A stretch of DNA of 64,000 nt from the sequence record NC_029103.1. The stretch is one strand, 5' to 3'. Of the stretch, positions 24,282 through 34,485 are shown piece after piece (positions within the stretch are counted from its first letter, which is position 1; each line of letters begins with the position of its first letter). The notes below the pieces were generated by a model. The model ran no database searches and had not been told where the DNA came from. It was given only the letters and a program-made list of their open reading frames with translations. The translations under genes and the position numbers were made by a program.

Positions 24282-24639
24282 TATTCATCACCTTCAGACA
24301 GATTGGGAATTCAGGGTCGAGGTTTATATCATCTATTTTTAGGAGTTCCTTCACTCTTTCTCTAGCCTTCCTAATCATTTGATATAACGAAATATTGTTG
24401 TCGGTGCAGGCACCTAGTGCGATATAAAAATCTAAAGCAGATGCAAGTATTGCGTCTATAACGTTTCTAACCTGGTCTGTTGGCACGTTAATGCTTACCT
24501 TGTTCTCCTCATCCTTGAACGTTATTGTGTCACTGACCTCATAGTATTTGTTAGGAAGTTTGAAGGAAAAACACTTTGCGAAGTGTTCTGCTATGGGTTC
24601 AGGTATGTAGACTCTTGTGTTAACTACATAGTATTTCAT
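24271..24639 (-). CDS. Hypothetical protein
   Basis: 122-aa ORF, first gene of the ATPase operon. Confidence 0.6.
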   Translation of the reverse strand: MKYYVVNTRVYIPEPIAEHFAKCFSFKLPNKYYEVSDTITFKDEENKVSINVPTDQVRNVIDAILASALDFYIALGACTDNNISLYQMIRKARERVKELLKIDDINLDPEFPICLKVMNNAS

Positions 24640-24769
24640 AACTTTAACTTAGGTCGTAAAGTATTAAAAAGAGTGTGTTATTATGCCCTAATGATTGAGG
24701 TCTGCTGTGTGTTTTGATAAAAAAGTTTATTATTAATAATAAAAATGTACATGGTTGAGGAGGAAAGGA

Positions 24770-25447
24770 ATGGAACCACGTAAGGTAGCCGAACTCGTAA
24801 TGAAAAGAGTAGTGAATTATTGTTTGAAGACAGACGATTACTCTAGTGAGATCGATGAAGGCGAGCTTGATACTTTTCTTGTATGTTTGGAAGACCACCG
24901 TCCATGCCAATTAAAATACTTCGTATATGAATATCTTCCTGAGAAAAAGGCTAAAGATCTTAAAGAAGCAATAGAAAACTCAAAGTCGTTCTTGGATGAA
25001 GTGCAAAAAGAGTACGATAAGTTGTGGGAAAAAGAAATCATTTCGCATCTAGGCGAGATCTTTGGTGATGAACTGTCATGGTCATATCTATTTGATGTAT
25101 GGTCAGACGAGACACTTGATGATGAAGAAAAAGCTGAATACCTAGAAGATTTCGTCAATGCATTAAAGGAGTTCCGTGATGAAATTGAACGTGCATTAAA
25201 GGATAAGAAGCCGTTAGATGAGTATGACTTTAGTAGCTGGTTCAATTATATTAGTCACACTCTTGGAGACGACAGTAATGATGGATATATCGATTATTAT
25301 GCAGATTTTTATGATATATTGAGCGACAATGGTAAATTAGAGTTATTAAAAATATTACTAGACACGATAAAAGGAGAGTTACCCGACTTATATGATGATT
25401 TGAAGATTCTCAAGTCTAGATCAGGAGCCTTAACGAACGAAAGGTAA
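24770..25447 (+). CDS. Acidic protein, paralog family A (copy 2); start MEPRKV at 24770
   Basis: Protein and 5' nucleotide similarity to 44-709; RBS GAGGAGG. Confidence 0.75.
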   Translation: MEPRKVAELVMKRVVNYCLKTDDYSSEIDEGELDTFLVCLEDHRPCQLKYFVYEYLPEKKAKDLKEAIENSKSFLDEVQKEYDKLWEKEIISHLGEIFGDELSWSYLFDVWSDETLDDEEKAEYLEDFVNALKEFRDEIERALKDKKPLDEYDFSSWFNYISHTLGDDSNDGYIDYYADFYDILSDNGKLELLKILLDTIKGELPDLYDDLKILKSRSGALTNER

Positions 25448-25460
25448 AACTTCTTAATAT

Positions 25461-27362
25461 CTAAACCTTCGAATACACGACCGAGAACAGTTCGCTTGCA
25501 TCATAATTATTAAATTTGTAATATTCGTCACAGATCTCATCTATAATATACTGCATACCATCAGGTACTTCGTCATCATCATATACATGTATACATGTCA
25601 CCACTAAGTTGTTGTTTCTTACGAAGTTCTTAAACTCCTCAAGTGTAAACTTGTTGTAACCTGTCTCAAAGTCGGACATTATAAAGATCTGTCTCACGTC
25701 CTTTAGTCCCGGATAGTTATTGTAATAGCTCATGAATTGTTTTAGTGCAGACATCATGTCCGTTCCTCCTCCAGCTTCGACCTGAGCTATTTCGAAAACG
25801 TTGTTAACATCCAGAGGCTCGGTTGACGAATAATCAAAGTACTGTACGAATACCTTCTTGTTATTCTTTTCAGCTTCCATAGCAGAAGCTAGGGCTACGG
25901 CAGAGACGTTTTCAAATGCAGTGTACCCATTTGGCATTTCACTGTTCATCGACCCGCTTTTATCTATCAAGAAATAGAAGTCTCCTACTCCCTCATTTTC
26001 TACTGCCCTTTGTAGTAAGGCTCTGTTAGTATAGCGTTCTAAGAAAATCTCGTCCGGTAGGAGTAGCTGGCTCTTAAACATATGCTTGAGGTTATTCCCG
26101 ATCGTTATCCCCTTCATCACGCCTCCTTGGTCTTTAACGCCTTTGTTAGCGTACTCCAAATCAACTTGGTTAGCTAAAGCAAGAATCCTGTTAGCCCTCT
26201 CCAGTAATTCTAAAATTCTAGGATTGGCTTCCTTTAACATTCCTCCTCCTGAGCCTTTTCCTATAGATAACGCTGACAAAGACTTCTCAAGACTTTCTTC
26301 CAGTTCATCTAAAATCATTGCTTCTTCCTCCATGTCATTTTCAAGTTCTTCATAAATCTCTTCTATTTCTTGTCCTTCTCCTTCTGATTCTTGTTCACTG
26401 CCTTGACCTTGGTTACCTTCTCCTCCTTGCTGTCCTTCTCCTTTTGATTCACCTTCTCCTTCCTGTCCTCCACCTTCACTACCTTCACTCTCTTCACTAC
26501 CACCTTGTTCGCCTTCTTCCTCTCCTAGTTCTCCTCCTTCTTCACCACCTTCCCCGCTTTGGCTTCCCTCACTTTCACTTTCCTCTCCTTCTTCCCCGTT
26601 TTGTGATTCTCCTTCTCCACTCTCCGCTTCTCCTCCCTCTCCTTCTTCTCCACTCTGGCTCTCCTCATTCCCACTTTCTCCTTCTTCTGATTCCTCCCCT
26701 TCTTTGGCACTACCTTGTTCTCCTTCATTTCCTTCTTCTCCACTTTGTGATTCCCCTTCTCCTAATTCTTGTCCTTCTTCTCCTTCGTTTTCGTTTCCTT
26801 GTTCTGCTCCCTCTTCTCCACCTTCACCTTGTTCTTCACCATTTTGAACTTCTACACTTTCTTCCCCGCTTTGTTGTCCTTCTTCGCTTTCTTGCCCTTC
26901 TTCACCTTCTCCGCTATTCTGACCTTCTTGTTTCTCACTGTTTTCTCCTTCATTCCCACTTTGTTCTCCTCCTTCCTCTCCTAGTTCTCCTCCTTCTTCA
27001 CCACCTTCCCCGCTTTGTTCATTTTCGCTCTGTTCCCCTTCTTCCTCTCCTAGTTGTGTTTCCCCTTCTTCTATACCCAGTTGTTCTCCTTCTTGTTGTT
27101 CCCCTTCGTTACCTTCTTCACTTTCTTGCTCCTCGCCTTGCTTGTTCCCCTTCTGGCTTTTTTCACCTAATTCTTGTCCTTGTTGCTCTTGACTCTCTTC
27201 CCTTTCGCTTTCCTCTCCTTTCTGCTCACTTTCCTGCTGTTCTCCTTTTCCGCTTTGCTTCTGCTCTCCTTGTTGCTTTTCTCCTTTGTTTGGTCTATTG
27301 CGTCTGAGTTTTCTCTCTTGTAACTCCTGTTGTAACATCTGTTTGATAGTGTTAAAGGACAA
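25461..27362 (-). CDS. von Willebrand A domain protein with long Glu/Gly/Gln/Ser low-complexity region (MoxR partner)
   Basis: MIDAS motif DKSGSM, GGGTD and MSDFE; adjacent to the MoxR ATPase. Confidence 0.9.
   Translation of the reverse strand: MSFNTIKQMLQQELQERKLRRNRPNKGEKQQGEQKQSGKGEQQESEQKGEESEREESQEQQGQELGEKSQKGNKQGEEQESEEGNEGEQQEGEQLGIEEGETQLGEEEGEQSENEQSGEGGEEGGELGEEGGEQSGNEGENSEKQEGQNSGEGEEGQESEEGQQSGEESVEVQNGEEQGEGGEEGAEQGNENEGEEGQELGEGESQSGEEGNEGEQGSAKEGEESEEGESGNEESQSGEEGEGGEAESGEGESQNGEEGEESESEGSQSGEGGEEGGELGEEEGEQGGSEESEGSEGGGQEGEGESKGEGQQGGEGNQGQGSEQESEGEGQEIEEIYEELENDMEEEAMILDELEESLEKSLSALSIGKGSGGGMLKEANPRILELLERANRILALANQVDLEYANKGVKDQGGVMKGITIGNNLKHMFKSQLLLPDEIFLERYTNRALLQRAVENEGVGDFYFLIDKSGSMNSEMPNGYTAFENVSAVALASAMEAEKNNKKVFVQYFDYSSTEPLDVNNVFEIAQVEAGGGTDMMSALKQFMSYYNNYPGLKDVRQIFIMSDFETGYNKFTLEEFKNFVRNNNLVVTCIHVYDDDEVPDGMQYIIDEICDEYYKFNNYDASELFSVVYSKV
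26380..27300. repeat. Purine/pyrimidine-skewed low-complexity coding repeat (EEGEQ/ESEEG units)
   Basis: Includes a 45-bp duplication at about 26517-26561 and 26973-27017. Confidence 0.85.
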
Positions 27363-27438
27363 ACCTTGTAGGCTCTTACGCTGTATCAGGAGCTGGATTT
27401 CGTCTAATTTTTCATTTATGTGGTTAATTCTATCTAAA

Positions 27439-27672
27439 TCAATATTTTTTTAGAAAATTATAAACGAAATAGGCGAGGATTGCTGGGAACTGTAGTAGAA
27501 GTTTGTTTTGCTCTGACGCTATCTTAACAAGTTTATGCACAGTATTCCATACACTGTCCTTAATATCGTCTCCAATTTTAAGAGATTTCGTTACAGTTTC
27601 AAAAATAGTGTTTGTTAGTTCTGTTAGNTGTCTCTCTTCTTCATCATTATTATTATTAAAGAAGCTTTGCAT
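27439..27672 (-). CDS. Small hypothetical protein between the MoxR and VWA genes
   Basis: 77-aa ORF starting 4 bp after the MoxR stop. Confidence 0.55.
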   Translation of the reverse strand: MQSFFNNNNDEEERXLTELTNTIFETVTKSLKIGDDIKDSVWNTVHKLVKIASEQNKLLLQFPAILAYFVYNFLKKY

Positions 27673-27676
27673 ATTC

Positions 27677-29422
27677 TCACTTTATCTGCGAAAGTGTTTT
27701 TAAATCCTTTTCTAATGTGTTAACAAAATCTAGTACCCTAGTCTTTGCCTCACTAAAAGCATTGTCAATACTCTTCATTATCTCCTCTTTTTGATTTAGT
27801 ACGACAGCTTCTTTTGGTAGTACGTCAGAAAATTGCGGGAAGAATTTCTGTATTCCCAGGATGAGTTTTTTGTTCTCTTCATTCCCTCCTAGTTTCGTTA
27901 GTTCGTTAATTTTACTTTCAATTTCCGCTTTTGTCTCGTCATAAGCCTTCTGGATCTTCTCCAACTCTTCAGTTTTCAGGCGATTTATATCTATCTTGTT
28001 CGAGATATCAGATACAATACTTTGGAGGAGTTTACGCGTTAAAGTCCTTACTCTAACATTATTTGAATACTTAGTTTCAAGATCGCTTAAGGTACTTACG
28101 GCTTTTATGAATTTATTCAACTTATCGTATGTGTTAGAACCACTTGTTACGTCCGAAAATTTTACGATAAGGTCTGCTCTGTCTTTTGCTAAATCGGGAG
28201 ACGACGCCGGGAATGAGCTAGTAATAACATTTACAGCAAAAGCCGACCTTTCGTCTATCAACTTATTCAGGTTTTTGTCATTAAGTATGTCCTTTGTTTT
28301 TTCAGCAACAATATTTAATATGTCATTAATATTAATAGAAGACTTATTCGACCCGTTATTAAAATACGCCTCGATAGTTTTCGAGATTATAGGAGTTATT
28401 ATATTTCTTAGCTCTGGAGTGAAGGGAATTGTAAGGTAGAACGCTAATGCAGTATGTACTGGTGTAATTGTTGAGTTGCCGAACATTTCNCGTAAGGCGT
28501 TAGCGACNTGCATTACGCTTTTGAACTTCCTTTCGCTGATCGTCAGATATCCTCCCATCGATTTGAAGTAAGTCCTAACAATTCCGGAATCACCAAACGT
28601 CCTCGGGTTTTGCAAAGCCCGTCCTATTTCACCTAAGATGAGGTTAGCTTGTCTGACNGCTTCGAGGGTAATATCCTCTGTCACATATTTCGTGTAATCT
28701 GAAAGGATTTTATCCTGAATTTTTTTGACTTCGTCGTAACTCGTTACAATCGGAATGGAAGTAGGCTTAGTCGCCGTCAAGACTTTATAATACCTTTCCG
28801 CGATGGAGTTGAGGTCTTGTATGTCTTCCAAGTTAGGCGAAAGAACTGTAGCAAATATCTTGAACCTGTCTAGGAATGCTCTGTCCGCTTGTGTATTTAC
28901 TCTTACTTCGTTTGACGCAGAAAAGAACGCTAGCCAGGGTAACGAGATCTCTTTACTTCCGTTCCTGAACTTCTTTTCGTTAATAGCACGAAATAGCGAT
29001 TCGGCAAGGACTTTGTTGCTCTTGAAAATCTCGTCTATGAAAACCAGCTTTGCAGAAGGTAGAAAGCCTTCTGTGATGTACTCTAGTACTCCTTCTTCCC
29101 TTAGTTTCTTTAGGTTTGCATTCCCAAAGATATCCTCTGGTGTCATCGCTTCGTGAGCTAGCACTATAAAAAGCTCTTCTGGCTTAATTCCGTCAATCAT
29201 CCTCGAAAGGATCTCGATAGTATAGGTTTTTGCGGTACCTGGGTCTCCGATGAGCAGTGTAGGAAAACCTGTTAAAAGTCCTGTTATAACAGCTGTTTTG
29301 ACGTCTTCATTTCCTACTACGTATTTATCTAACTCGTCTTTCAAACGCCTTGCAATAGTAGCCACGTCGGTAGAAGAAGAAATCTCGGCGTTTTGTCCTC
29401 CTTGTTGTTCTTGCATTTGCAT
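27677..29422 (-). CDS. MoxR/RavA-type AAA+ ATPase (ATV p618-like); likely start ATG 29422
   Basis: Walker A GDPGTAKT, Walker B FIDEIFK, FSASNE, AFLDRF; C-terminal coiled coil. Confidence 0.9.
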   Translation of the reverse strand: MQMQEQQGGQNAEISSSTDVATIARRLKDELDKYVVGNEDVKTAVITGLLTGFPTLLIGDPGTAKTYTIEILSRMIDGIKPEELFIVLAHEAMTPEDIFGNANLKKLREEGVLEYITEGFLPSAKLVFIDEIFKSNKVLAESLFRAINEKKFRNGSKEISLPWLAFFSASNEVRVNTQADRAFLDRFKIFATVLSPNLEDIQDLNSIAERYYKVLTATKPTSIPIVTSYDEVKKIQDKILSDYTKYVTEDITLEXVRQANLILGEIGRALQNPRTFGDSGIVRTYFKSMGGYLTISERKFKSVMXVANALXEMFGNSTITPVHTALAFYLTIPFTPELRNIITPIISKTIEAYFNNGSNKSSININDILNIVAEKTKDILNDKNLNKLIDERSAFAVNVITSSFPASSPDLAKDRADLIVKFSDVTSGSNTYDKLNKFIKAVSTLSDLETKYSNNVRVRTLTRKLLQSIVSDISNKIDINRLKTEELEKIQKAYDETKAEIESKINELTKLGGNEENKKLILGIQKFFPQFSDVLPKEAVVLNQKEEIMKSIDNAFSEAKTRVLDFVNTLEKDLKTLSQIK

Positions 29423-29523
29423 AAGAACATCTGGTATCAGAAGCTTATAATTCTTCCTCAAACAGCAGTTTGAGCGTTAAAATACAAACGCACTTTTTAA
29501 GGCTTTCGGGACAAGGAAATAAC

Positions 29524-30186
29524 ATGAGTCTAAACCCCAACAACAATAAAAAGCAACAACAACAGCAACAAGAACCCGTTTATGAAGTATCCGGAGCTAC
29601 ACCAACACCTTCTCCTCCATCACCACCACTGTTCACGCCTTTACAACAAACCCAACAACAACCTCAGTTATCGCCACTTGGGAAAAGAAATATTGTAAAA
29701 GTAGACCCAAACTTAGTCAGGCAAGCAATTAGGGAAAAATCTATCATACCGACTAGGCAGGTGACCCAAAAAGAAGCAATCCAAATAATGTCTATCCAAG
29801 AAATCCTAAACAATTACGTATTAATCCTAACAAAAGACCTTAAGAGCGGGTCTCTGCAGTTCTACGGTACCCCATATAACGTGGACGAGACTTTCCAGAT
29901 CTTATTATCAATCCTGACGGACAGGTTTTCAAGCCTTGCAACTGATGAACTGTCTGAAAAGTTCTCGGAGCTTCAGGCTTTGATATCAAGTGATGCGAAC
30001 TACGATGATATAATAGCGAAGCTTAACCAGGCACATAAACTAGTAGTGTTATTGTTGTTAGCGTTCGAGAGGAGCATAATGGAAGTCGGAGGAGTAACCA
30101 CTTCAAAGATGAGAGTAGAGATGTTGTCACCACTCGAAATTGCACAGACGCTAGGTATAACACCGATAAGCACCGATAGGTTGTAG
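29524..30186 (+). CDS. Hypothetical protein with Gln/Pro-rich N-terminus
   Basis: ATG 29524 after AAGGA; divergent from MoxR. Confidence 0.65.
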   Translation: MSLNPNNNKKQQQQQQEPVYEVSGATPTPSPPSPPLFTPLQQTQQQPQLSPLGKRNIVKVDPNLVRQAIREKSIIPTRQVTQKEAIQIMSIQEILNNYVLILTKDLKSGSLQFYGTPYNVDETFQILLSILTDRFSSLATDELSEKFSELQALISSDANYDDIIAKLNQAHKLVVLLLLAFERSIMEVGGVTTSKMRVEMLSPLEIAQTLGITPISTDRL

Positions 30187-30189
30187 AAG

Positions 30190-31249
30190 GTGCTTGTTAT
30201 GGAACTGAAAGACAATTTATCGTGGTTTTTTGCAGGACTAGGTTTAACCAGTATAGGGACTGCGTTCTTAGGTGACGGAAAACCGTATTTACTACCTCCC
30301 GCGTTCCTAGTTGTTGCTCTAGGTATGCTCTCTATATTCGTGAGACAAAGAATACTCATCGTTTCGGCTTTTGTTATTGCGACTGTTACAGCGGTAGCGA
30401 ATATAATGACGGGCTTACCTGTCCTAACGGATGAAGAAGCGATAATATTATATGCGTCGCACCTATTCTTGGACGGAAAAAACCCGTACCTTTACTCAAT
30501 GGCTAAAGCGTTTACCATATATCACGTCCCGTATAATGTTGTGACCGGCACAACATCAAGTTCGTTTATGCCGTCAGTCTATATTTACCCTCCATTATCG
30601 TTCATCAGTGTCGCAGTTCTGCACAACCTTGAAACAGTAGACGTAATAACAGCTGTTTTAGCTTTTGTGTATTCCTTCCTCAAAAGACACGAAAACGTTT
30701 TCATCGCGTCTTTTTTNCNATTTTCCAGCACTTTCGTACGATTTTTGCGACAGGGCAAGAACTGAACCTTTTTGCATATTCTATAGCGTTTATAGCGTTT
30801 GCTTAACGAGAGGTTTCAGATACATACTCTTGGGGATATCTGCAGACGTAAANCAGTTCGCGATATTGATAGCAATCCTTCTGGTTAAGTTTGAGAGACA
30901 GAAACTAAGGAAGATAGTAGAGTTCACGTTACCGTTACTGCTCTCCTCAATACCTTTCCTTTCAAAACAGTACCTCGCGTCCGTTATAACTATTACACAA
31001 CCTGTCGCACAACAAGGAGTCTCATTTTCACTCCTTACAGCATTCGGCTTACCTATACCTTCATTTATGTATACTGTGCTACAGGTGTCTCTTTTCACAT
31101 TAATCCTATTATATAATAATAAGAAAGAGTTGGCTTGGGGTCTCCCGGCGTTGATATGGATATTCTCTTATAGAGATTTAGCGTATTTTACATTTTATTT
31201 TGCGATACAGTACGCAGAATGGATGGTGAATGAAGATGCAAAAGTTTGA
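30190..31249 (+). CDS. Multi-TM GT-C fold (GT87/DUF2029-like) glycosyltransferase, split by a frameshift near 30720
   Basis: DEEAI...GKNPY and YIYPPLSF motifs; many TM helices across ORFs 30190-30765 and 30665-31249. Confidence 0.6.
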
Positions 31250-31895
31250 ACTTATACTAACATTAGCTGTTGTGGTACCCTCCCTTTTCACGTTCTCTAT
31301 CTTTTTCTATCACTCACAATTACACGGGAAAGTAGTGGGTTTTTACGATGTAGGAAAGATAAATATGTACAACGTGATAACGGTATGTGTGCAAAACCCT
31401 ACCGATAAAACGTTTGTATTGGTTCCGGTAATTAATAGCCACCGTTGGTACCCAAACACAATAACCGTGAAACCGCATGAACGTGTTATAGTAAATGTTA
31501 CAGCACCGGATCCTACTATTGCTATTTCGCAGGACTCTCCGTATGTAATTACGTTCTACTTGTACAATACTAAAACAGCCATTTTCTCGCTAAACGGTTT
31601 CGCTCCTGCAGGTATGATTTACCCTATCGTGAATCCTAATTTTACTGTACTGTATAACTCGTCTTACGGGGTATCGGAATACGGCTGGCAGATAGTATAT
31701 TATGGGAATATAACGGTGCAGAAGGGGAAAATTACGGTAAATGGTACGGCGTTGATAGAACAGACATTATACTACCCAATAAATGGGAGCATAACAGTTG
31801 TACATGACGGTGGAGAAGTAAAATCATGTATATGTGATAATACTCTAGTAATATACGCACAAAATACGACGATATGTTCAGTGATTATTACTTGA
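31230..31895 (+). CDS. Membrane-anchored extracellular beta-rich protein
   Basis: N-terminal TM helix, sequons; overlaps the GT-C gene. Confidence 0.6.
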   Translation: MKMQKFELILTLAVVVPSLFTFSIFFYHSQLHGKVVGFYDVGKINMYNVITVCVQNPTDKTFVLVPVINSHRWYPNTITVKPHERVIVNVTAPDPTIAISQDSPYVITFYLYNTKTAIFSLNGFAPAGMIYPIVNPNFTVLYNSSYGVSEYGWQIVYYGNITVQKGKITVNGTALIEQTLYYPINGSITVVHDGGEVKSCICDNTLVIYAQNTTICSVIIT

Positions 31896-31909
31896 AATTA
31901 AAAAAGAAT

Positions 31910-32569
31910 TTAATATGTTAATTGTAGTGAATTATATTCTTTTATTTCCTTATCTATATCATACATTATGTTTCCAATGGAATCCAAAAGCGTAGCTAGT
32001 GCTTCAAGCTGTGCATTTTCGGTTAAAGAATGTTCATAGAGATCGAGGTAGTGATCAAAATCATTTATATATGACATCCCACCATTTTTAGCTATATCGT
32101 CTGCATATTTTCCTAGCTCATTATCTTTCAACGGAGTTTGACTTTTTAGTGCGTCCAATATGGCTTTGCCTAATTCATCTAGGGCATTATTCAACGTCTC
32201 AAGCCGATGTTTCTTTTCATTATCGTCTATTGAATCATCTTCTATTATTGATTCATAAACCCACTGGATTTGGTCACGCAAGTTTTCTGCTATAGCTTTT
32301 GCAAGTTCGGACATCCATACTTTTTTGTATTCATCCTTAAGCGACCTCCAAAAAGCCAAATTGCCGTTTTCTAGGATTTCTCTTATTTTTTCATCATTTC
32401 CGTAATAATCGCCACTTGCTTCTAAGAAATTTTCTAGTTCTTCTGGAGGGTGCAGAAAAAGACAGTCCAAATATGACGTTGCTGGATTGTTGGTACAGTA
32501 TGCTCTTACATTATTTCTTACCATTTCTGCTATTTCTGCTATATATTGTGGACTTATGTTTGAATCCAT
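31910..32569 (-). CDS. Acidic protein, paralog family A (copy 3)
   Basis: VRAYC...YLDCLFLHPPEELENF...FWRSLKDEYKKVW matches family A. Confidence 0.75.
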   Translation of the reverse strand: MDSNISPQYIAEIAEMVRNNVRAYCTNNPATSYLDCLFLHPPEELENFLEASGDYYGNDEKIREILENGNLAFWRSLKDEYKKVWMSELAKAIAENLRDQIQWVYESIIEDDSIDDNEKKHRLETLNNALDELGKAILDALKSQTPLKDNELGKYADDIAKNGGMSYINDFDHYLDLYEHSLTENAQLEALATLLDSIGNIMYDIDKEIKEYNSLQLTY

Positions 32570-32665
32570 AAATCCTCACTTAAAAAAATTCTGAGACGAT
32601 ATATATAAGCCTTTCTTAAACAGCTGTTTGAGGTTTATATACCGGTTTTTAGAGTATAAAATAGT

Positions 32666-32947
32666 GTGAGCAAAATGTCTCAGGAATTTTCAAATGACGA
32701 AGAAGGAGAAAGTATTTTCCGTTATTCTAATAAAAGCCTGCTAAAGCTAGATTGGGATGTTGTCGATAAATTAATAGAATCATTCCTAAATGAACACATG
32801 AGGACATGGAGTGAATATAATTACTTCATCATTGATGACGACACACTACTGATTAAGGTATACGAGGCACAAGGTGAGGTTGAGCCGGCGTTCACAGTAA
32901 AAGCTAGGTTAGAAGGCGACAGGCTAGTAGTCGTCGAGGTAAGATAA
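32666..32947 (+). CDS. Small acidic protein
   Basis: TATA (TTTATATA) and operator at 32618 upstream. Confidence 0.7.
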   Translation: MSKMSQEFSNDEEGESIFRYSNKSLLKLDWDVVDKLIESFLNEHMRTWSEYNYFIIDDDTLLIKVYEAQGEVEPAFTVKARLEGDRLVVVEVR

Positions 32948-33229
32948 GTGAAAGTTCCGGTGTTCATAAGATATAGGGACATAGAGGACATTTGTGATTG
33001 TGATGGACAAGAGGGGATAATATGCGACGATTATAAAGGTTATATTGACATTGGTGTTGATGATGTTGAGTTTGACAATGATGATTTAGAAGAGATTGTC
33101 AAGGAATATGGAGATGATATCTTGGAAGATATAGTAGAGAAATACCTTGATGATATTGCAGACATTTTAATGGAGGATAAACGTCTTCTGGACAAACTGC
33201 TCAGAAAACTAAATATAAATACATGGTAA
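32948..33229 (+). CDS. Small, extremely Asp-rich protein (possible DNA mimic)
   Basis: About one third of residues are D/E; abuts the previous gene. Confidence 0.65.
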   Translation: MKVPVFIRYRDIEDICDCDGQEGIICDDYKGYIDIGVDDVEFDNDDLEEIVKEYGDDILEDIVEKYLDDIADILMEDKRLLDKLLRKLNINTW

Positions 33230-33283
33230 ATTCTTTTTCGGACTAACTTCCTTTTGCCCTTCCAAGAGGTTCGGGCTTTCCAT

Positions 33284-33865
33284 CTAACGTGGAATATTTA
33301 TATTCATCCTGATGAACTGTAATGCTTTCAGTAACTGTGTTTTCTTCTCAGTTACGCATTCTCTATAGTACTTCGCCGTGCATTTCTTCTCAATAGTGTT
33401 TTCGTCTATACCTAATTCGCTGACAAGCGTCTGATATAACGACGTCCCCTTAATACTGCTAATCATAGTAGCCGTCCTAATTTGCACGTCCTTTAGGATG
33501 CTAAGCACGGTGAGTACGTCAAATCCGTTGGGATTAACGAATTTCGTCAGTACATCTATCAGATACGAACTTTCAGCAACAAGTCCTTCCTCGTTGACGT
33601 AAAACAGATGTTTTTTCCCTGTACTGTTCAGTATTTTCGTAATCAACGACTTAACGTCCTCGCCAGAAGCATTCATCACGATGAACATAATATCGCAACC
33701 GATCTTCAGTATCTGCCTTAGTTCGTCCTCAGATGTAGCACTTTCATATTTTTTGAGGACTAATTCCCTCCACAGCTCTTCTATCTCGTCACTGTAATAT
33801 GTGAGCATTATAGTGTTTAGCCTTTCTATGGCTAAGGTAGGATATACCATGCTGTTGTTCCCCAT
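33284..33865 (-). CDS. Hypothetical protein
   Basis: 193-aa ORF. Confidence 0.6.
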   Translation of the reverse strand: MGNNSMVYPTLAIERLNTIMLTYYSDEIEELWRELVLKKYESATSEDELRQILKIGCDIMFIVMNASGEDVKSLITKILNSTGKKHLFYVNEEGLVAESSYLIDVLTKFVNPNGFDVLTVLSILKDVQIRTATMISSIKGTSLYQTLVSELGIDENTIEKKCTAKYYRECVTEKKTQLLKALQFIRMNINIPR

Positions 33866-33951
33866 ACATACCTCTTTATATACGATGAATTGGAACTGTT
33901 CAGGAGTAGGGACTTCGTTTTCTTTTTTAGTATATACCGTTGCTCACCACC

Positions 33952-34485
33952 TCACTCGACCATAAACCACTCACAACCATTACACGTAATATCGTTTATA
34001 TCATCTATAACCACACTATCACCTAAGCAGACCGCAGTACGCTTACGACCGGGCTTTTTCACTTTCGCTATAATACATTTCTTGTAGTTAAACGTAAGGT
34101 GGTGGAACCCACCTATATCAAATTCTAAAGCGTCAAAAGTGTGTCCTCCATCTGTTTTATACTGTATTTTACGGTATGAGGAAATGTAGTATTCAGAAGC
34201 TGAAGCCGAGCTTACTACTGCGAACTTCTTTAGGTCGACCTGTTTTTTCAGATAAACCGCATAGTTAGTGTCCTGTATCATCACATCGGTAACGAAGTAA
34301 ATCCCAGGGTGCATGATCCTGTGCTGTAGTCTGCCGGCTATCCTTGTATCGACGTAAAGTGTGTATTCGTTCCCATTTTCAACTATTTTGTATATTTTAT
34401 TCTTGAACGGATTTCGCAGGTAGTTAAATAATATCACGTTTTTGCCGACGAGTGATTCTAAAGGGGAAAGAGACATTATTACCAC
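33952..34485 (-). CDS. Hypothetical protein
   Basis: 177-aa ORF in an operon-like array. Confidence 0.6.
   Translation of the reverse strand: MVIMSLSPLESLVGKNVILFNYLRNPFKNKIYKIVENGNEYTLYVDTRIAGRLQHRIMHPGIYFVTDVMIQDTNYAVYLKKQVDLKKFAVVSSASASEYYISSYRKIQYKTDGGHTFDALEFDIGGFHHLTFNYKKCIIAKVKKPGRKRTAVCLGDSVVIDDINDITCNGCEWFMVE

Noticed and set aside
26318-27307. 329-aa Leu/His-rich ORF on the + strand (and 26525-26743, 26769-26984)
   Set aside because: Shadow or alternative frames of the low-complexity VWA region.
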